This document shows, piece after piece, positions 9,738-20,023 of a stretch of DNA of 64,000 nt (positions are counted from its first letter, which is position 1; every line of letters begins with the position of its first letter). The stretch is from a virus. The DNA lies in the IMG/VR virus record IMGVR_UViG_3300045431_000601, positions 42,371 through 106,370 of that record, one strand, 5' to 3'. The notes beneath the pieces were generated by a model. It worked only from the letters and a program-made list of their open reading frames with translations. It was not told where the DNA came from and did not search any database. The position numbers and the translations under genes are program-made.

Positions 9738-10864
9738 AAAAAATATCTACAAATACTGGTCTTAAAATAAAGAAGCCGTTTATATATGAGAAATTTTTTC
9801 CTTTAGACATTCAAAAATATATTATATTTAATCCTAAAAGCTCAGAGGACGTAAAAAATTATGATTATTGGGATAGAGTATTAGATATTTTAAATTTTTA
9901 TTTAAAAGAAAAGGATATAACTATCATACAGATTGGCGAGAAAAGAAGCGAAGACTATTCAGTAGGAGTAAACTTGACAGGAGCAACAGATCATAACACA
10001 AACGCCTACTTAATAAAAAATTCCTTGTTGTATCTAGGAACAGACGCGGTTGAGATGCAAGTTGCCTCTTCATTTAATATAAAAATATGCTCTTTAGTAA
10101 GTAATTATTACTTAGAAAATGTTAAGCCCTACTGGTCTAAATCAGAAGATACGAGAATGCTTCAACCAAAAACTAATATAAAACCAAACTTTAGTTCCCA
10201 AGAAGGAACCAAGAGGATTAATACAATTCTTCCTGAGGATATAGCTTATAACGCCCTTGATCTTTTAGGGATTACCCATGAGAAGACTATAAAGACTTTA
10301 TATATTGGTAAAAATTTCCATAATAAAACTTTTGAGATTATTCCTGATGGTAAAGTTAGCCTCAAAGATATACCGACAAATGTACCAATCGTGAGAATGG
10401 ATTATCATTTTAACGGGGTCGTGCTAGAGTATATCTTATCGCAAAAAAAAGCCATAATAATTACCAATAAAGAAATAGATATAGATTTATTAAAAAACTA
10501 TAAAACGAATATTCAAACCATCATATATGTAATTGAAGAAAAAAATGAGCCGCGCTTTGTGAGTCAAATGGAGAATTTAGGCATAGATTATTCTCTCGTA
10601 TCCTATTTAAAAGACATAAACCATTTAAAAATTAAATATATTGATTTTAAATTAATTAACCATATACAGCTTAACACAAAGTCTCCTTTTGAAAATGGAG
10701 ATAAAGATAATCTTTTCATATCTAATAGATTATTGTTATCGTCTAAAGGCATTTTTAATACAAAATATACATATTTAAAATTAAGTAATACCAATCAAGT
10801 TCCGGATGATCCTTTGTTTTGGGGAGAAGCAGATAATGTTTTTATTTACAAAAATAAAAAATAA
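9725..10864 (+). CDS. GT9 (heptosyltransferase-like) C-terminal domain protein
   Basis: KNYDYW, IIQIG, VNLTG, LIKNSLLYLGTD, ASSFNIKICSL. Confidence 0.7.
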   Translation: MHIIEKISTNTGLKIKKPFIYEKFFPLDIQKYIIFNPKSSEDVKNYDYWDRVLDILNFYLKEKDITIIQIGEKRSEDYSVGVNLTGATDHNTNAYLIKNSLLYLGTDAVEMQVASSFNIKICSLVSNYYLENVKPYWSKSEDTRMLQPKTNIKPNFSSQEGTKRINTILPEDIAYNALDLLGITHEKTIKTLYIGKNFHNKTFEIIPDGKVSLKDIPTNVPIVRMDYHFNGVVLEYILSQKKAIIITNKEIDIDLLKNYKTNIQTIIYVIEEKNEPRFVSQMENLGIDYSLVSYLKDINHLKIKYIDFKLINHIQLNTKSPFENGDKDNLFISNRLLLSSKGIFNTKYTYLKLSNTNQVPDDPLFWGEADNVFIYKNKK

Positions 10865-10873
10865 TGTTATTAT
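10845..10873 (+). promoter_or_regulatory. Putative sigma70-type promoter (extended -10)
   Basis: TTTACA-N17-TATTAT with TGn before the -10; ATG at 10883. Confidence 0.55.
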
Positions 10874-10882
10874 AAATAAACT

Positions 10883-11491
10883 ATGGAAAATTTTAATCAA
10901 ACATGGTGGGATAAAAATTTAGAATCTAGATTAAACGAATTTATCGGATGGGTAGGAGACGAAAATAGACATTCAAAAGTTTTTATTAGAAAATATGTAA
11001 TTTCAAAGGCTTATAAAAGTTTAGTTGACTTAGGCTGTGGTACTGCCTCAGAATTTTTTGGATACAAAAAAGATTATCCCGAATTAAAATATTTAGGCGT
11101 TGATAGCAGCTCTTTCTTAAACAAGAGAGGTATGGAATTAGGCGTGCCTATGCTGCGATCAAACATTGAAAACGTTAATCTTCTAGATAGTAGCTATGAA
11201 GTAGCTTTTTCTAGGCACGTTTTAGAGCATCAGCCTAGTTATAAAAACGGATTAAATGAATTAATTAGAATAGCCTCAAAAGAGGCTATTCATGTATTTT
11301 TTATTCCCCCACAAGAAGCACCAGAGCACATTGATTATAATGCAACAGAAAATCTTTATAATAATAGATATAATTTAAAAGATATAGAGAATTATATTAA
11401 AAATAATAAAAAAGTTAAATCTTTTGATTGGATTGATTGCTCTGCTAATGGATACAACCCAGAAGTAGCTTTATGCATAAAAGTTTTATGA
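10883..11491 (+). CDS. Class I SAM-dependent methyltransferase (small-molecule/sugar type)
   Basis: LVDLGCG, YLGVD, FSRHVLEH; no DPPY/NPPY or PC motif. Confidence 0.85.
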   Translation: MENFNQTWWDKNLESRLNEFIGWVGDENRHSKVFIRKYVISKAYKSLVDLGCGTASEFFGYKKDYPELKYLGVDSSSFLNKRGMELGVPMLRSNIENVNLLDSSYEVAFSRHVLEHQPSYKNGLNELIRIASKEAIHVFFIPPQEAPEHIDYNATENLYNNRYNLKDIENYIKNNKKVKSFDWIDCSANGYNPEVALCIKVL

Positions 11492-11520
11492 TTGACAGTC
11501 TTATAAGATTAATATAGAAT
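11492..11520 (+). promoter_or_regulatory. Sigma70-type promoter
   Basis: TTGACA-N17-TAGAAT; ATG at 11528. Confidence 0.8.
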
Positions 11521-11527
11521 ATAGAAT

Positions 11528-12310
11528 ATGGAAGAAAAAACAGAATCCACAGTAATTCAGCCTAATATAGAATTTTCTTACACAGGAGAAGTCCCTGTTG
11601 AAGAGCCTAGAGATAGGCCATTCAAAACAATAACAAGAAACAAATACGGCCTCGTGGAGGACGACTCTATCTCTTATATTTTTAACGAAGACAATTCAAT
11701 TAATTGGAGGGCTATGGTAAAAAGCCAATATCTTGTTCCGAATAGGCAAAAAACACAAGAGACAGATGTATCGAAGTTAGAAGATAAGGATTTGCTAATC
11801 CTTTTGGGAGGTATTAAAGAGCTAGCTCAGATTAGGGGATACACGGATGTATCTTATCATGTCGTAGCTGCCTCGGATAATTATTTTGCTACATCATGTA
11901 AAATAAAATGGATTCCAAATTACGAGACAGAAGGAAGATCAATAACTTTTGAAGCTTTGGCAGACGCTACCCCTAACAACACCAAAAATTTTGCTAGATT
12001 CTTTCTAGCTGCAATAGCAGAGAATAGAGCCTTTGTAAGATGCGTTAGAAATTTTCTAAAGATAAATATTGTTTCACAAGAAGAATTAGGGGACGCCAAA
12101 TTAATAGACGAAAGTCCTTCTCAACAGGAGAATATTATATCTCCTCATGTTCTCTTGGAAAAAGCAATGAGAGAAAAGGGCATATCCTTTGATCAATTAA
12201 AAAAGAAATTAATCAAAGAAAAATATGAGAACGCAGACTCTATAGAATCTATAAAAGATATTTCAAAAAATAAGATATTTGAACTAATAGAAAGAGTTAA
12301 GAAATCTTAA
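11528..12310 (+). CDS. Putative Rad52/Sak-like single-strand annealing protein
   Basis: TFEALADAT...AIAENRAFVRCVRNFLKI. Confidence 0.55.
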   Translation: MEEKTESTVIQPNIEFSYTGEVPVEEPRDRPFKTITRNKYGLVEDDSISYIFNEDNSINWRAMVKSQYLVPNRQKTQETDVSKLEDKDLLILLGGIKELAQIRGYTDVSYHVVAASDNYFATSCKIKWIPNYETEGRSITFEALADATPNNTKNFARFFLAAIAENRAFVRCVRNFLKINIVSQEELGDAKLIDESPSQQENIISPHVLLEKAMREKGISFDQLKKKLIKEKYENADSIESIKDISKNKIFELIERVKKS

Positions 12311-12312
12311 GG

Positions 12313-14112
12313 TTAGCCGCCGATAACCACACGACCTCCAATTCCTATTACGGTCCAAACACCAGGAACCTGTCCTGTAAAAGACATAATGTTCTCGTCT
12401 GATTTAATTCCTATTTGTCCTGGTCGCCCAGTTGAGCCTGTTGCGCCTTTTACGCCTTTTGAGGCCACTGATGAATTGGTTGTGCCTTTGCCTCCTTGTT
12501 GGCCGTTTTGACCTACGGCTCCAGGATCTCCTGATTGACCAGTCACGTTTGATGCATTAGCGCCTGCAGAACCTTTTGAACCAGGATCTCCGTTGGCTCC
12601 TTTGTCTCCTGGACCACCAGCTAAGCCAGTATCTCCTTGTATAATATCACCAGATGGTCCTTTAGAACCTCTATCTCCTGTTGCTCCTATCCCACCGCTA
12701 GGTCCTGAATCTCCGGCTAACTGTATAGTAGGTGTGTCTCCTGTAGGACCTTTGTCTCCAGGTACTGTTGGTCCGGTAGCGCCTTTTGCACCAATAATTG
12801 TTAAGCCCACATCGCCTGGTATTATTTGACCAGGATTTCCCTGACTTCCAGTAGCACCAATCGTTCCGACTTGACCTTTTGTAGATGCTGGTTTTAGACC
12901 AGGCGGACCTGAATCACCAGCGAGAGGAGAAGGCTTAACTCCTTGATCACCAGGGATAGGAGAAGGCTTAACTCCCTGATCACCAGGGATAGGAGAAGGC
13001 TTAACTCCTTGATCACCAGGGATAGGAGAAGGCTTAACTCCCGAGTCTCCTTTTATATTTTGACCATCATCGCCTGTGGCTCCAATAATCATAATAGATT
13101 CTACAGGTTTTACGCCTTTATCTCCTATTTCGCCAATTATAGGATCAGGTCTATCTCCTTCTGGGCCTTGGGAACCTTTTTCGCCTCCTATTATTAAACC
13201 TGGTTTGCCACCAAGTCCTTTTAAGCCTTTTAATCCTTCTTTTGGAGATCCTTGGTCACCTTTAGCGCCTGGAGAGCCAAATTCTCCAATAATTATGGCG
13301 CCAAATTCTCCTCTGTTTCCTCTATCCCCTTTGGCACCAAATACAAGTCCGTATCCCATTTCTCCTGTATCTCCTCCAGAACCAGAAGCACCAATTGATC
13401 CTACGCCTCCTCTTTCGCCGCTTCCTCCTCTAGAGCCTTTACCTCCTATTATAAATACCCCATCTGATCCTGCACTTCCTCCAGAACCAGAAGCACCAAT
13501 TGATCCTGCGCCTCCTCCTTCGCCGCTTCCTCCTCCTTTTCCTGATTTTCCGATACAACTAAGAGGGGGATTACATAAACCAGTAATTGGGAAGCTTTTG
13601 GTTGATAAAATCCAAGGAGGATCATTTGTACCGTCATCTATAGGTCTCATTTTAGCTTCTCCTGCTACAAAAGGAATATCAGAACTTAAAATGTTAATCT
13701 CTTGTGAATTGTTTTTTATATTTAATTGAGGATTATTTTTTTGTAGATAAACATAATTAGAAATTGTTCTATTTTCAGTATAAATTCCTTCTTTTGCAAA
13801 AATTGTTCTATATTTTTTTCCATAAGTACTAATAGAACCTGAGCTAATTGGAAAGCCATCTATTCTAAAAAGATAATCTTTGTTTTGAGATTCTATATAT
13901 AAATAGTTAACCTGTTGGTTTGTCCCAGGGATCATATCTTCCCCCGAACATCTTTTCTTTTTAATATTATTCCAATGTTTAGGTTTACATATGCCGTTTG
14001 TATCTCCAAAACCTAAATTTCCCCAAAAAATATTATCGCTCTTTCCTGAGGCGTATACCGACCATAAAGGTTCATCATAACTAATATCTTGGATAGGGTT
14101 ATAATTTTTCAT
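12313..14112 (-). CDS. Collagen-like fibre protein 1 (interrupted Gly-X-Y)
   Basis: ~390 aa of interrupted GXY after an N-terminal globular domain. Confidence 0.85.
   Translation of the reverse strand: MKNYNPIQDISYDEPLWSVYASGKSDNIFWGNLGFGDTNGICKPKHWNNIKKKRCSGEDMIPGTNQQVNYLYIESQNKDYLFRIDGFPISSGSISTYGKKYRTIFAKEGIYTENRTISNYVYLQKNNPQLNIKNNSQEINILSSDIPFVAGEAKMRPIDDGTNDPPWILSTKSFPITGLCNPPLSCIGKSGKGGGSGEGGGAGSIGASGSGGSAGSDGVFIIGGKGSRGGSGERGGVGSIGASGSGGDTGEMGYGLVFGAKGDRGNRGEFGAIIIGEFGSPGAKGDQGSPKEGLKGLKGLGGKPGLIIGGEKGSQGPEGDRPDPIIGEIGDKGVKPVESIMIIGATGDDGQNIKGDSGVKPSPIPGDQGVKPSPIPGDQGVKPSPIPGDQGVKPSPLAGDSGPPGLKPASTKGQVGTIGATGSQGNPGQIIPGDVGLTIIGAKGATGPTVPGDKGPTGDTPTIQLAGDSGPSGGIGATGDRGSKGPSGDIIQGDTGLAGGPGDKGANGDPGSKGSAGANASNVTGQSGDPGAVGQNGQQGGKGTTNSSVASKGVKGATGSTGRPGQIGIKSDENIMSFTGQVPGVWTVIGIGGRVVIGG
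12925..13041. repeat. 33-bp coding tandem repeat, ~3.5 copies ([11 protein letters not shown])
   Basis: aggagaaggcttaactccttgatcaccagggat repeated. Confidence 0.9.
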
Positions 14113-16037
14113 GCGGCGTAAGGAGGAGTAGCATAAACGATTCCATCTAAATCCCCAAGATATCTAGTACCAAGTAACATTCCGCTTTTTATTAAGTTTT
14201 TATCGCATGACTGTGAACCAAAAACTTCAAAAGAAATTCTTGGCCCAATAATAAAGGTTATATATTTTGCGTTATAAAAAGTTGTTGGAGAATCTCCGAA
14301 GTTAATGCTTACTATATCCCAAATACTTCCGTAGCCCATTCCGGTAGCACCTGTAGCTCCTGTAGCTCCTGTAGCCCCTGTAGCTCCTATACTGCCTGTA
14401 GCCCCAGTATCGCCCGTTGCGCCTCTTATTCCAGCGACGCCTTGCTGACCTTTATAAGAAGGTCCAACTATAGGACTGTTTCCAGACGGACCTGTTAATC
14501 CTCTATCTCCAGCAGGACCTTTTTGTCCTGTGGGACCTTTGATTCCAACGTTTCCAGTTGCGCCTTTTATTGAATTTCCTTTTGCTCCAGTATCTCCAAT
14601 TGGTCCTTTTTGTCCTGTGATTCCTCTTTCGCCAATAGGTCCTTTTATTGAGGCTCCAGAAGGACCTTTGTCTCCTGTCGCCCCTTTTACTCCTTTTATA
14701 CCTGTAGCTCCTTGAATCCCAGGCGAACCTGTCGCACCAGTAGAACCTTTTGGGCCAGTTGCTCCATTTATTCCTTGAACGCCTTTACCGCCAGTAGCGC
14801 CAGTACTCCCAATAGGTCCAAGAATTCCAGTGGCACCCGTAGATCCTATTGCGCCCTTTGCTCCAGGAACTCCAGTAGCTCCAGAAGCGCCCTTTGCTCC
14901 AGGAACTCCAGTAGCTCCAGAAGCGCCTTTTGCTCCAGGAACTCCAGTAGCTCCAGAAGCGCCTTTTGCTCCAGGAACTCCAGTAGCTCCAGAAGCGCCT
15001 TTTGGTCCCGTTGCTCCAGTTATGCCTTTGGCTCCGGTAGCGCCTGTAGCACCAGTAGAACCGGTAGAACCTTTGGGCCCTATACAAGTAGGAGGACAAG
15101 GACCTATAACTCCTTTTGGTCCAGTTTCCCCTTTTACTCCAGGAACGCCTGTAGAGCCAACTGGGCCAGTAGCCCCAGTTGAACCTGTTGCGCCTTCGCA
15201 ACCAGGAGGACAAGGGCCTGTTGCGCCTTTCGCTCCACCAGGACCAGATGCGCCTTTAGCACCAGGTGCGCCCGTCGCTCCAGTCGAACCAGTAAAGCCT
15301 TTTATTCCAGGAGCACCAGTTGCGCCCGTCGCTCCAGTCGAACCAGTAAAGCCTTTTATTCCAGGAGCACCAGGTGCGCCCGTCGCTCCAGTCGAACCAG
15401 TAGAGCCTATTGACCCAGGGATAGAAAGACCTGGAAGGCCATTAGCTCCATCTTCGCCTTTTATTCCAGGAGCACCAGTTGCACCCGTCGATCCAACGAC
15501 GCCCGTAACACCTGTGGCTCCTGGAACACAATCAGAGCATATTTTTTGCAATCGAAATGGTCGGGTAGTTAATACATAAGGAGGATTAACTGTCCCATCA
15601 TTTATCATATACATTCTTGCTTCAGGTGGGCTTGCCATTATCAGACTAGAGGTAGTAATAGATATAACATTACGACTTGTTATACTTTTTATATATGCCA
15701 TAGAAAGCATATCAGAAGAAAGAAAATACAATAAATTTTTTGTATATTCACTAAATTGAAGAAGGGCGTAAGAATTTGTATTCCCTAAAAAGATATTCCT
15801 ATATTGATTAGCATGAGCAGAAAATGAAATCCAATCGCTTGCATTATAAAAAGAAGCAGTTATTTTATCTGGGCTAGGATAATAGATATAATTTACATTA
15901 TAAAATCTGTCAGTCACATTTTCGTCATCTAAAGGATGAAGAGAATTTATACCAATCTGGAGAGCTTTATAAGCTTTATAATATTTAGCCCAAGATACAG
16001 AATATAGCTCTTGATTTATGGGAAATGTATTTTGCAT
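14109..16037 (-). CDS. Collagen-like fibre protein 2
   Basis: Long GXY tract rich in GAT/GST/GPK; PCPPxC interruptions. Confidence 0.9.
   Translation of the reverse strand: MQNTFPINQELYSVSWAKYYKAYKALQIGINSLHPLDDENVTDRFYNVNYIYYPSPDKITASFYNASDWISFSAHANQYRNIFLGNTNSYALLQFSEYTKNLLYFLSSDMLSMAYIKSITSRNVISITTSSLIMASPPEARMYMINDGTVNPPYVLTTRPFRLQKICSDCVPGATGVTGVVGSTGATGAPGIKGEDGANGLPGLSIPGSIGSTGSTGATGAPGAPGIKGFTGSTGATGATGAPGIKGFTGSTGATGAPGAKGASGPGGAKGATGPCPPGCEGATGSTGATGPVGSTGVPGVKGETGPKGVIGPCPPTCIGPKGSTGSTGATGATGAKGITGATGPKGASGATGVPGAKGASGATGVPGAKGASGATGVPGAKGASGATGVPGAKGAIGSTGATGILGPIGSTGATGGKGVQGINGATGPKGSTGATGSPGIQGATGIKGVKGATGDKGPSGASIKGPIGERGITGQKGPIGDTGAKGNSIKGATGNVGIKGPTGQKGPAGDRGLTGPSGNSPIVGPSYKGQQGVAGIRGATGDTGATGSIGATGATGATGATGATGMGYGSIWDIVSINFGDSPTTFYNAKYITFIIGPRISFEVFGSQSCDKNLIKSGMLLGTRYLGDLDGIVYATPPYAA
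14851..15004. repeat. 36-bp coding tandem repeat, ~4.3 copies ([12 protein letters not shown])
   Basis: gcgcc(c/t)tttgctccaggaactccagtagctccagaa repeated. Confidence 0.9.
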
Positions 16038-16039
16038 TC

Positions 16040-17632
16040 TTAAACCTCAATGCTTTTTTGTTCATAAGACGATAATGTATTAGATAAGTTTGAACCAGAA
16101 ACAATTAATTTAACGTTAATTTTATTTAAATCAAAATATTTTTTATAATATACATCAATATAAACATTTTTTACATTTTTGTCTAGTTGAATAGAATGCG
16201 AGTATGTATTATTATTAAAATTTAAATAACTTTTATTTTTAAAATCAACAAAATTTGTGCTATTTGTGCCTGTAGCTAAATTAAAAGCATCAAAAAAGTT
16301 TTTATTGTATGTTATGGATTGATTAGAATATCCTGTTATTATCTTTTCTACAAAAACAGAAGCCATACCCGAACCTGTAACAGTTGTAATAAATCCAGTA
16401 ACATTAATTCCGTCAATAATACCAGTGACAACATTATTATAATCAATTAGTCCTTGCTGCGCATAACCATTAATTGTTGTATTTAGATTTTTAAATACAA
16501 TCGCTCCATTTTCCATACCAGAAGCTTGGACGTTTACATCCTGATTAGTTAAATACTGATTTAAGTAGACAAACTCTTCTAGGTTATCGTTAATAATTCC
16601 TGTGACTGTGTTGTTCGAAAGAAAATTATACCCTGTTCCGCTAACGGAAACATTTTTAGATATATATCCAGAGCCATAAATATTGCCAGATAATTCTTCT
16701 CTCAATCCCGTAGACAATATAATATTAGCAGAAAAATTACCCGTATCTCCAGAGATATATTTTAAATTGACAGATAAGATTTTGTCTAAAGGCTCTTCTT
16801 GGGTATTATTTCTAGAAACAAGATCAGCACTAATAACGTACCTTTCTAATCCACTAGCACCAATTTCAATTTCGCTTAAATTACTCTGATAAGTAGACAC
16901 GTCGAATGTTTTAAAAAATTCTGAATTAGTTTTTGTTCCTGTAATAAAAAAATCTTTATTTATTAAACCAAAATTAGTATTTAGATTTAATTTAATAGGA
17001 TAAACTTCAGAATTGTTATATGTGTTTTCAAGATTTACTAAAGGAGCGAATTGTATATTGTAATTATTTTGGTCTTTATTTATATCTAATATTTTAAAAA
17101 TATTACTATAGTTAAAACTAGAATTAGATATTGATCCAGAAAAAATTTCTATATTTTTATGATCTATGTCTATAAAATTTCCAGTTATTTGCTGTGAGCT
17201 TAAATCAAATGTATTTTGTATATCCAGACTATAGCTAGGTAATTCTCCGTATATTTTTAAAGAACTTAAATTAAAATTTACATCTGAATTTATATAATAA
17301 TTATTATAAGGTCTATAAAAATTAGCCGGAGCCGCGTAAATTAAATTCTTTGTTTCAATTGGAGTGCCATTAATATAACAAGAGAAAGCTTTGTCCTTAA
17401 AAACTCCAGATAAATATATATCTTCCCCAAGATTTAAGCTGTAAATATGCTTATTTTTAAAATATAATCTATTTTTTTTTACATTAAATTCTATCTTTTC
17501 ATATGTAATATTTTTTAAATTTGATAGTCCAAAAAAAGAATTAATTGGATAAGATTCAATATTAAATTTTTTTACAAAAAAGAAATTTGTTTGATCAGGA
17601 AAACTAAAACTTTTATTTCCACTTATAATCAT
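16040..17632 (-). CDS. Putative tail/baseplate protein
   Basis: 530 aa, beta-rich, N/S/T-rich, in tail module. Confidence 0.6.
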   Translation of the reverse strand: MIISGNKSFSFPDQTNFFFVKKFNIESYPINSFFGLSNLKNITYEKIEFNVKKNRLYFKNKHIYSLNLGEDIYLSGVFKDKAFSCYINGTPIETKNLIYAAPANFYRPYNNYYINSDVNFNLSSLKIYGELPSYSLDIQNTFDLSSQQITGNFIDIDHKNIEIFSGSISNSSFNYSNIFKILDINKDQNNYNIQFAPLVNLENTYNNSEVYPIKLNLNTNFGLINKDFFITGTKTNSEFFKTFDVSTYQSNLSEIEIGASGLERYVISADLVSRNNTQEEPLDKILSVNLKYISGDTGNFSANIILSTGLREELSGNIYGSGYISKNVSVSGTGYNFLSNNTVTGIINDNLEEFVYLNQYLTNQDVNVQASGMENGAIVFKNLNTTINGYAQQGLIDYNNVVTGIIDGINVTGFITTVTGSGMASVFVEKIITGYSNQSITYNKNFFDAFNLATGTNSTNFVDFKNKSYLNFNNNTYSHSIQLDKNVKNVYIDVYYKKYFDLNKINVKLIVSGSNLSNTLSSYEQKSIEV

Positions 17633-17638
17633 ATTTTT

Positions 17639-19996
17639 TTATCCCACGAAAGCTCCATAACCAATTTTTGTTGGACGGATTCTATTAGTTATAACCTCTC
17701 TATTAGGCATTTGTCTATTTCTGCTTTGATAGACTAATTCTCCGAAAACTCCATTTTCATCTAAATACGCTGATATGCTAGATAACCCATTCTTTCCGTC
17801 AAGTGGTAAATCTTTAAAATCTAATCCTATAGTTTTTATTTTTAAAGTCCTCATTGAATTAGAATATTCGCCTACGATCAATGGAGGATATTCTATACCT
17901 AAAATAGCATTTCCAGCAAAATTTTTTGTTTGTGTAATATCGTCAGTGTTCATATTTAATTTCATTACAGAATCTGTATTTGGCACTCTAACATCTACAA
18001 AATATTCTCTAGATTTAACATAATGAGTATTTTGCTTGATAGTTCTTACTCCCTCGTGTTTTGCCGTCACAGGATAACCTATGATAGCGCAACCATTTAA
18101 GCTACAAATTTTTATTGCTTTTGAAGTATAGTTATGAACTAATCCAGGTTTTTTAGGCCTTATAATAGATACGCATTCATTTTGTTTTCTGCATACTTCT
18201 GCTACTGGGTCTAATTCACATAATAATTTACAAAAATCTTCATTTTTGCATTGACCGGTGTCTTCATTTATCTCGCATGGGGTTACATATCCATCGCTAA
18301 TTTTTTGCTCGTCTGGATGAGGAAAATTTTGTGCAGAAGAAAAATTAATTAAACCTTGAGTTGGAATATAAGCTAAAACAGTCCTAATAGAGCTTACAGA
18401 ATTTTTACATCCTTGACTAGAGTTACCAGACATATTTGCTTGATTTAAAACTCCCCAATCAACACCAGTAGCCTCTTTTAATTTTAACCTTACCGTTCCG
18501 ACGATATCCATATATACGGGCGCAAAAGCGTCTAAACAATCAAATATTTCAGATATTTCGCTTGGATTAGGAGTGAAAGTTGGATTTCTTTCTAAATAAT
18601 ATCTGACTCTTGTACCATTGGAAACATTTTCTTTGTCATCTTTATTCGTATAGCTTGGCTCTGGATCGTCTTTTACGTCTTCTTCTAACCTAACTAATGG
18701 TGTCCAAAACCCTTCGGACGAACGCCCTTGCACACAATATACATCTGATTTTCTTACGGTAGTATTTGTATAATATGTTCTTCCATATTCTGCCATTAGT
18801 CTATTTTCGTGAGATTTCCAAGCATCAGCTAAAGTTGAATCTAAATTTGCAATTACAAATTTTCCAGGAAATTTGTTTTTTAAATCATAAAAAGTTTTAA
18901 CATCAAAACCTCTATCAAATATATAATTTGGATCACTAAATTCTTTTAAAATATTTAGACCCGCACGATGGTAGTATCCTTTTGTAAGCATCCAATGAGT
19001 TCTTGCAGTATCTGATGCAGCTCCTAGGATTGCTCCTTCTTGGTCTATAGATTCCCACCGAAAAGGAGCATAAAAATAATCAAGCTCTTCATAAAGTGTA
19101 TTTTCCCAATTTAATATTTTTCCTGGCACAGTAGCAAATTGAGTGGTTCCAACTGCGTAAGTTCCTTCTTTAGATGATTCCAATGAATAGCTAGATAAAT
19201 CTAAAGAAGGAGCTGGATTATTATTTCTTTCTATTTTAGAAACTACTCCTTCAATATTTATTCCTGTAGATAGATCGATACCGATAATAGATTGATTTAA
19301 CGAATCCCAATAAAAATCATAACCAAAATCAGCACACCAATTAGATAAGACTTCTCTTAAAGTACCAGTGTGATTAGATTGGTACTTTGGAAATTTATCT
19401 AAAAAACCTCTATGAGATATTCCCGCTTTATTCATACCAATTAAAAGTTGGCTAAAATTATACATTACATCTGGTATTTCGCAAGGATTAGACGTGAAAA
19501 GCTCTTCACCAAGGCATATAACTGGGTTTTTAAATCCAACGTGCGAAGCGGAGCTTCTGTTTATTGTTGTATCTACAACCGTAGTCTCTCCTAACCGCAA
19601 ACAAGAAGCGCATGTTATTTTTGCTTGAAAAGGTCTTATAGGCCCCGGACCGACTTTGCAGTGTCTATTGATTAATCCGACAAAGATTCTATCTAGTTTT
19701 ATTGACGCATCTACAAAAGTGTACGTTGCTGTTTTGTTTCCTGGAGACACATTTTTTTTAGAAGACAATAGATACATACTCGTCGAAAAATTGCCGAAAC
19801 TAATACTATATGGAGCCTGCAGATTTGGATCAATAATCTTTAATTCTTTTTCAAAACTTTCATTTACAACTTCTAAAGTCAATTGACTTGGAGATTGCGA
19901 GTAATTTTGTGTATAATTAGCGCTATATATAAATCCTTCCCCAAATCGTCCTTTGGCGCCATTTACGCTAATCTCTTCTATGCTTCTTTTAGGCAT
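17639..19996 (-). CDS. Putative tail-tip/hub protein, Cys-rich
   Basis: GTLREVLSNWCADFGYDFYW resembles hub-type proteins; position downstream of tape measure. Confidence 0.55.
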   Translation of the reverse strand: MPKRSIEEISVNGAKGRFGEGFIYSANYTQNYSQSPSQLTLEVVNESFEKELKIIDPNLQAPYSISFGNFSTSMYLLSSKKNVSPGNKTATYTFVDASIKLDRIFVGLINRHCKVGPGPIRPFQAKITCASCLRLGETTVVDTTINRSSASHVGFKNPVICLGEELFTSNPCEIPDVMYNFSQLLIGMNKAGISHRGFLDKFPKYQSNHTGTLREVLSNWCADFGYDFYWDSLNQSIIGIDLSTGINIEGVVSKIERNNNPAPSLDLSSYSLESSKEGTYAVGTTQFATVPGKILNWENTLYEELDYFYAPFRWESIDQEGAILGAASDTARTHWMLTKGYYHRAGLNILKEFSDPNYIFDRGFDVKTFYDLKNKFPGKFVIANLDSTLADAWKSHENRLMAEYGRTYYTNTTVRKSDVYCVQGRSSEGFWTPLVRLEEDVKDDPEPSYTNKDDKENVSNGTRVRYYLERNPTFTPNPSEISEIFDCLDAFAPVYMDIVGTVRLKLKEATGVDWGVLNQANMSGNSSQGCKNSVSSIRTVLAYIPTQGLINFSSAQNFPHPDEQKISDGYVTPCEINEDTGQCKNEDFCKLLCELDPVAEVCRKQNECVSIIRPKKPGLVHNYTSKAIKICSLNGCAIIGYPVTAKHEGVRTIKQNTHYVKSREYFVDVRVPNTDSVMKLNMNTDDITQTKNFAGNAILGIEYPPLIVGEYSNSMRTLKIKTIGLDFKDLPLDGKNGLSSISAYLDENGVFGELVYQSRNRQMPNREVITNRIRPTKIGYGAFVG

Positions 19997-20017
19997 AACC
20001 TTATTCCTTTGTGTATT

Positions 20018-20023
20018 TTACAC
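20018..20023 (-). promoter_or_regulatory. Putative late promoter core GTGTAA
   Basis: 21 nt upstream of ATG 19996; also forms the Val-stop of the upstream gene. Confidence 0.65.

Noticed and set aside
10883-11491. DNA methyltransferase
   Set aside because: Lacks DPPY/NPPY and PC catalytic motifs; resembles small-molecule methyltransferases.
12593-15579. Pro-rich plus-strand ORFs and alternate-frame ORFs over the collagen genes
   Set aside because: Shadow ORFs created by GGN-rich repeats on the opposite strand; no independent start signals.
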